From Escherichia coli (lineage in GTDB: Bacteria > Pseudomonadota > Gammaproteobacteria > Enterobacterales > Enterobacteriaceae): DNA of 64,000 bases. Shown piece by piece: positions 56,668-64,000 of this stretch. Below the pieces are notes generated by a model, which worked only from the letters and a program-made list of their open reading frames with translations, did not search any database and was not told the DNA's origin. Positions within the stretch are counted from its first letter, which is position 1. Each line of letters begins with the position of its first letter. The translations under genes and the position numbers were made by a program. The stretch lies in NCBI RefSeq assembly GCF_003334405.1, contig NZ_QOWM01000003.1. The stretch is one strand, 5' to 3'.

Positions 56668-57246
56668 ATGAGTGAAAAAAGCATTGTTCAGGAAGCGCGG
56701 GATATTCAGCTGGCAATGGAATTGATCACCCTGGGCGCTCGTTTGCAGATGCTGGAAAGCGAAACACAGTTAAGTCGCGGACGCCTGATAAAACTTTATA
56801 AAGAACTGCGCGGAAGCCCACCGCCGAAAGGCATGCTGCCATTCTCAACCGACTGGTTTATGACCTGGGAACAAAACGTTCATGCTTCGATGTTCTGTAA
56901 TGCATGGCAGTTTTTACTGAAAACCGGTTTGTGTAATGGCGTCGATGCGGTGATCAAAGCCTACCGTTTATACCTTGAACAGTGCCCACAAGCAGAAGAA
57001 GGACCACTGCTGGCATTAACCCGTGCCTGGACATTGGTGCGGTTTGTTGAAAGTGGATTACTGCAACTTTCCAGCTGCAACTGCTGCGGCGGCAATTTTA
57101 TTACCCACGCTCACCAGCCTGTTGGCAGCTTTGCCTGCAGCTTATGTCAACCGCCATCCCGGGCAGTAAAAAGACGTAAACTTTCCCAGAATCCTGCCGA
57201 TATTATCCCACAACTGCTGGATGAACAGAGAGTACAGGCTGTTTAA
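56668..57246 (+). CDS. flhC: Flagellar master regulator FlhC
   Basis: 192 aa with zinc-binding cysteine cluster (CNCCGG...CSLC). Confidence 0.97.
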
Positions 57247-57271
57247 CTGATACGGTGAGGCGCAACATTCC

Positions 57272-57304
57272 AGCAGCGGTAACGACGTACCGCTGCTTTT
57301 TTTT
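57272..57304 (+). terminator. Intrinsic terminator of flhDC
   Basis: Stem AGCAGCGGT / ACCGCTGCT followed by T8. Confidence 0.8.
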
Positions 57305-57372
57305 GCCCCAATCGCGCGTTAACGCCTGACGACTGAACATCCTGTCATGGTCAACAGTGGAAGGATGATGTC

Positions 57373-58256
57373 GTGCTTATCTTATTAGGTTACCTGGTTG
57401 TTCTCGGTACAGTTTTCGGCGGTTATTTGATGACCGGTGGAAGCCTTGGAGCACTCTATCAACCCGCTGAACTGGTGATTATTGCCGGTGCAGGGATTGG
57501 GTCGTTTATCGTCGGCAATAATGGCAAAGCGATTAAAGGCACGCTGAAGGCGCTGCCGTTGCTGTTTCGTCGCTCCAAATACACCAAAGCAATGTATATG
57601 GATCTGCTGGCTCTGCTTTATCGGTTGATGGCGAAATCGCGGCAGATGGGGATGTTTTCGCTGGAACGTGATATTGAAAATCCCCGTGAGAGCGAGATCT
57701 TCGCCAGCTACCCACGCATCCTCGCGGATAGCGTCATGCTTGATTTTATCGTCGATTATCTGCGCCTGATTATCAGCGGTCACATGAACACCTTCGAAAT
57801 CGAAGCTCTGATGGATGAAGAGATTGAGACGCACGAAAGCGAGGCAGAAGTCCCGGCGAACAGTCTGGCGCTGGTCGGGGACTCACTTCCGGCGTTTGGT
57901 ATTGTTGCGGCTGTAATGGGGGTCGTTCACGCGTTAGGTTCAGCCGATCGTCCTGCCGCCGAGCTGGGTGCGCTTATCGCACATGCGATGGTGGGGACTT
58001 TCCTCGGCATTTTATTGGCTTACGGATTTATTTCCCCATTAGCGACTGTTTTACGTCAGAAAAGCGCCGAAACCAGCAAAATGATGCAGTGCGTCAAAGT
58101 CACTCTGCTTTCTAATCTGAACGGTTACGCACCGCCTATCGCCGTTGAGTTTGGTCGCAAAACGCTCTATTCCAGCGAACGTCCGTCGTTTATTGAACTG
58201 GAAGAGCATGTGCGTGCGGTGAAAAATCCGCAACAACAGACGACAACCGAGGAAGC

Positions 58257-58260
<4 letters not shown>
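57373..58260 (+). CDS. motA: Flagellar stator protein MotA
   Basis: 295 aa, GTG start, four TM helices. Confidence 0.97.
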
Positions 58261-61152
<2,892 letters not shown>

Positions 61153-61172
61153 ATGAGTAAAAAGGTAACAAT

Positions 61173-61676
61173 ATGACCGGTATGACGAATGTAACAAAGC
61201 TGGCCAGCGAGCCGTCAGGCCAGGAATTTCTGGTATTTACCCTTGGTGATGAAGAGTACGGTATTGATATCCTGAAAGTGCAGGAGATCCGTGGCTACGA
61301 TCAGGTAACACGGATTGCGAACACGCCAGCGTTTATCAAAGGCGTCACGAATCTGCGCGGCGTTATTGTGCCGATTGTTGACTTACGAATTAAGTTCAGC
61401 CAGGTGGATGTGGACTATAACGACAACACGGTAGTTATCGTCCTGAATCTCGGACAGCGGGTGGTCGGCATCGTGGTTGACGGCGTCTCAGACGTGCTTT
61501 CATTGACGGCGGAGCAAATTCGTCCGGCACCGGAATTTGCCGTGACGCTTTCAACAGAATATCTCACTGGACTGGGCGCACTGGGCGACCGGATGTTGAT
61601 TCTGGTGAACATCGAAAAACTGCTGAACAGCGAAGAGATGGCGCTGTTAGATAGCGCGGCGTCAGAAGTGGCGTAA
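61173..61676 (+). CDS. cheW: Chemotaxis coupling protein CheW
   Basis: 167 aa. Confidence 0.97.
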
Positions 61677-61704
61677 TTCTCCCGATTTCCTCAATTGAAA
61701 TGAA

Positions 61705-61731
61705 CCCGATGATCTGCGCATCGGGTTTTTT
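61705..61731 (+). terminator. Intrinsic terminator after cheW
   Basis: Hairpin CCCGATG atctgcg CATCGGG followed by T6. Confidence 0.8.
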
Positions 61732-61762
61732 ATTTCAATTTCGCGGCGGGTGGCATCAGCAA

Positions 61763-61789
61763 TAAAGTTTCCCCCCTCCTTGCCGATAA
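61763..61789 (+). promoter_or_regulatory. Sigma-28 (FliA) promoter of the tar operon
   Basis: TAAAGTTT-N11-GCCGATAA, exact consensus, about 30 bp upstream of tar. Confidence 0.85.
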
Positions 61790-61820
61790 CGAGATCAACT
61801 TGTTTTCAGGAAGGTGCCTT

Positions 61821-63479
61821 ATGATTAACCGTATCCGCGTAGTCACGCTGTTGGTAATGGTGCTGGGGGTATTCGCACTGTTACAGCTTATTTCCGGCAG
61901 TCTGTTTTTTTCTTCCCTTCACCATAGCCAGAAGAGCTTTGTGGTTTCCAATCAATTACGGGAACAGCAGGGCGAGCTGACGTCAACCTGGGATTTAATG
62001 CTGCAAACGCGCATTAACCTGAGTCGTTCAGCGGTACGGATGATGATGGATTCCTCCAATCAACAAAGTAACGCCAAAGTTGAATTGCTCGATAGCGCCA
62101 GGAAAACATTGGCGCAGGCAGCGACGCATTATAAAAAATTCAAAAGCATGGCACCGTTACCTGAAATGGTCGCTACCAGTCGTAATATTGATGAAAAATA
62201 TAAAAACTATTACACAGCGTTAACTGAACTGATTGATTATCTAGATTATGGCAATACTGGAGCTTATTTCGCTCAGCCAACCCAGGGAATGCAAAATGCA
62301 ATGGGCGAAGCGTTTGCTCAGTACGCCCTCAGCAGTGAAAAACTGTATCGCGATATCGTCACTGACAACGCAGATGATTACCGATTTGCCCAGTGGCAAC
62401 TGGCGGTTATCGCGCTGGTGGTATTGATTCTGCTGGTGGCGTGGTACGGCATTCGCCGTATGTTGCTTACTCCGCTGGCAAAAATTATTGCTCACATTCG
62501 CGAAATCGCCGGTGGTAACCTGGCGAATACCCTGACCATTGACGGGCGCAGTGAAATGGGCGACCTGGCGCAGAGCGTTTCACATATGCAACGCTCTTTG
62601 ACTGACACCGTCACTCATGTCCGCGAAGGTTCAGATGCCATCTATGCCGGTACCCGTGAAATTGCGGCGGGCAACACCGATCTTTCCTCCCGTACTGAAC
62701 AGCAGGCATCCGCGCTGGAAGAAACTGCCGCCAGCATGGAGCAGCTCACCGCGACAGTGAAGCAAAACGCCGATAACGCCCGCCAGGCCTCGCAACTGGC
62801 GCAAAGTGCCTCCGACACCGCCCAGCACGGCGGCAAAGTGGTGGATGGCGTAGTGAAAACGATGCATGAGATCGCCGATAGTTCGAAGAAAATTGCCGAC
62901 ATTATCAGCGTTATCGACGGTATTGCCTTCCAGACTAATATCCTCGCGCTGAATGCCGCGGTTGAAGCCGCGCGTGCGGGTGAACAGGGCCGTGGTTTTG
63001 CCGTGGTGGCGGGTGAAGTGCGTAATCTTGCCAGTCGCAGCGCCCAGGCGGCAAAAGAGATCAAAGCCCTCATTGAAGACTCCGTCTCACGCGTTGATAC
63101 CGGTTCGGTGCTGGTCGAAAGCGCCGGGGAAACAATGAACAATATCGTCAATGCTGTCACTCGCGTGACTGACATTATGGGCGAGATTGCATCGGCATCG
63201 GATGAACAGAGCCGTGGCATCGATCAAGTCGCATTGGCGGTTTCGGAAATGGATCGCGTCACGCAACAGAACGCATCGCTGGTGCAGGAATCAGCTGCCG
63301 CCGCCGCTGCGCTGGAAGAACAGGCGAGTCGTTTAACGCAAGCAGTTTCCGCGTTCCGTCTGGCAGCCAGCCCACTCACCAATAAACCGCAAACACCATC
63401 CCGTCCTGCCAGTGAGCAACCACCGGCTCAGCCACGACTGCGAATTGCTGAACAAGATCCAAACTGGGAAACATTTTGA
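61821..63479 (+). CDS. tar: Methyl-accepting chemotaxis protein Tar
   Basis: 553 aa; periplasmic sensor, HAMP, methylation helices, C-terminal NWETF pentapeptide. Confidence 0.95.
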   Translation: MINRIRVVTLLVMVLGVFALLQLISGSLFFSSLHHSQKSFVVSNQLREQQGELTSTWDLMLQTRINLSRSAVRMMMDSSNQQSNAKVELLDSARKTLAQAATHYKKFKSMAPLPEMVATSRNIDEKYKNYYTALTELIDYLDYGNTGAYFAQPTQGMQNAMGEAFAQYALSSEKLYRDIVTDNADDYRFAQWQLAVIALVVLILLVAWYGIRRMLLTPLAKIIAHIREIAGGNLANTLTIDGRSEMGDLAQSVSHMQRSLTDTVTHVREGSDAIYAGTREIAAGNTDLSSRTEQQASALEETAASMEQLTATVKQNADNARQASQLAQSASDTAQHGGKVVDGVVKTMHEIADSSKKIADIISVIDGIAFQTNILALNAAVEAARAGEQGRGFAVVAGEVRNLASRSAQAAKEIKALIEDSVSRVDTGSVLVESAGETMNNIVNAVTRVTDIMGEIASASDEQSRGIDQVALAVSEMDRVTQQNASLVQESAAAAAALEEQASRLTQAVSAFRLAASPLTNKPQTPSRPASEQPPAQPRLRIAEQDPNWETF

Positions 63480-63524
63480 CGAGTATTTACTAACGCGGTC
63501 ATTGCCGCCTGATGGGGAGCGTTG

Positions 63525-64000
63525 ATGTTTAATCGTATTCGAATTTCGACCACGCTGTTTTTAATTTTGATTCTCTGCGGGATCTTGCAGATTGGCAGTA
63601 ACGGCATGTCTTTTTGGGCATTTCGCGACGATTTGCAACGACTGAATCAGGTCGAGCAGAGCAATCAGCAACGTGCGGCATTAGCGCAAACTCGGGCGGT
63701 AATGTTACAGGCCAGTACCGCGCTGAACAAAGCGGGCACTCTGACGGCACTTAGCTATCCGGCGGATGACATTAAAACGTTGATGACGACGGCGCGCGCC
63801 AGTCTGACGCAATCCACCACGCTGTTTAAAAGTTTTATGGCGATGACTGCGGGCAACGAGCACGTCAGGGGATTGCAAAAAGAGACGGAGAAAAGTTTTG
63901 CCCGCTGGCACAACGATCTCGAACATCAGGCGACCTGGCTTGAAAGTAATCAACTTTCGGATTTCCTCACTGCGCCGGTGCAGGGATCACAGAATGCGTT
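63525..64000 (+). CDS. tap: Methyl-accepting chemotaxis protein Tap, 5' part (runs off window end)
   Basis: ORF from ATG 63525 MFNRIRISTTLFLILILCGILQIG... with MCP-type sensor; synteny downstream of tar. Confidence 0.85.
   Translation, partial: MFNRIRISTTLFLILILCGILQIGSNGMSFWAFRDDLQRLNQVEQSNQQRAALAQTRAVMLQASTALNKAGTLTALSYPADDIKTLMTTARASLTQSTTLFKSFMAMTAGNEHVRGLQKETEKSFARWHNDLEHQATWLESNQLSDFLTAPVQGSQNA

Noticed and set aside
62642-63220. 192-aa minus-strand ORF inside tar
   Set aside because: Antisense to the Ala-rich methylation-helix region of Tar; a compositional artefact.

Overview
This 64-kb window reads as an Escherichia coli chromosomal segment covering the flagellar/chemotaxis regions, and I found no convincing novel multi-gene system in it. 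Gene order is colinear, in inverted orientation, with the K-12 map as I recall it: yedS' - yedR - yedJ - dcm/vsr - yedA - yedI - yodC - dgcQ - yedP - dsrA - yodD - dsrB - rcsA - fliRQPONMLKJIHGF / fliE - [accessory island] - yedK' - yedFED - amyA - fliTSD / fliC - fliAZ - tcyJ - dcyD - tcyLN - sdiA - yecF - uvrYC - pgsA - tRNA Gly/Cys/Leu - yecA - tyrP - yecH - ftnA - yecR - azuC - yecJ - ftnB - araFGH - otsBA - uspC - flhDC - motAB - cheAW - tar - tap'. All identifications rest on reading the supplied ORF translations and DNA; no database search was run. Almost all genes are intact core genes with K-12-like lengths. The one accessory stretch is about 3.2 kb between fliE and a truncated yedK. 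It carries emrE, ybcL and ybcM (genes I recall as DLP12 prophage cargo in K-12) followed by a decayed IS200/IS605-family element fused to yedK. Other points worth a second look are an in-frame amber codon in dgcQ, a frameshifted yedS-like porin, a short 349-aa flagellin allele, an IS-free flhDC control region, and a candidate sRNA terminator upstream of the porin. No CRISPR array, rRNA, intact prophage or intact IS was seen.
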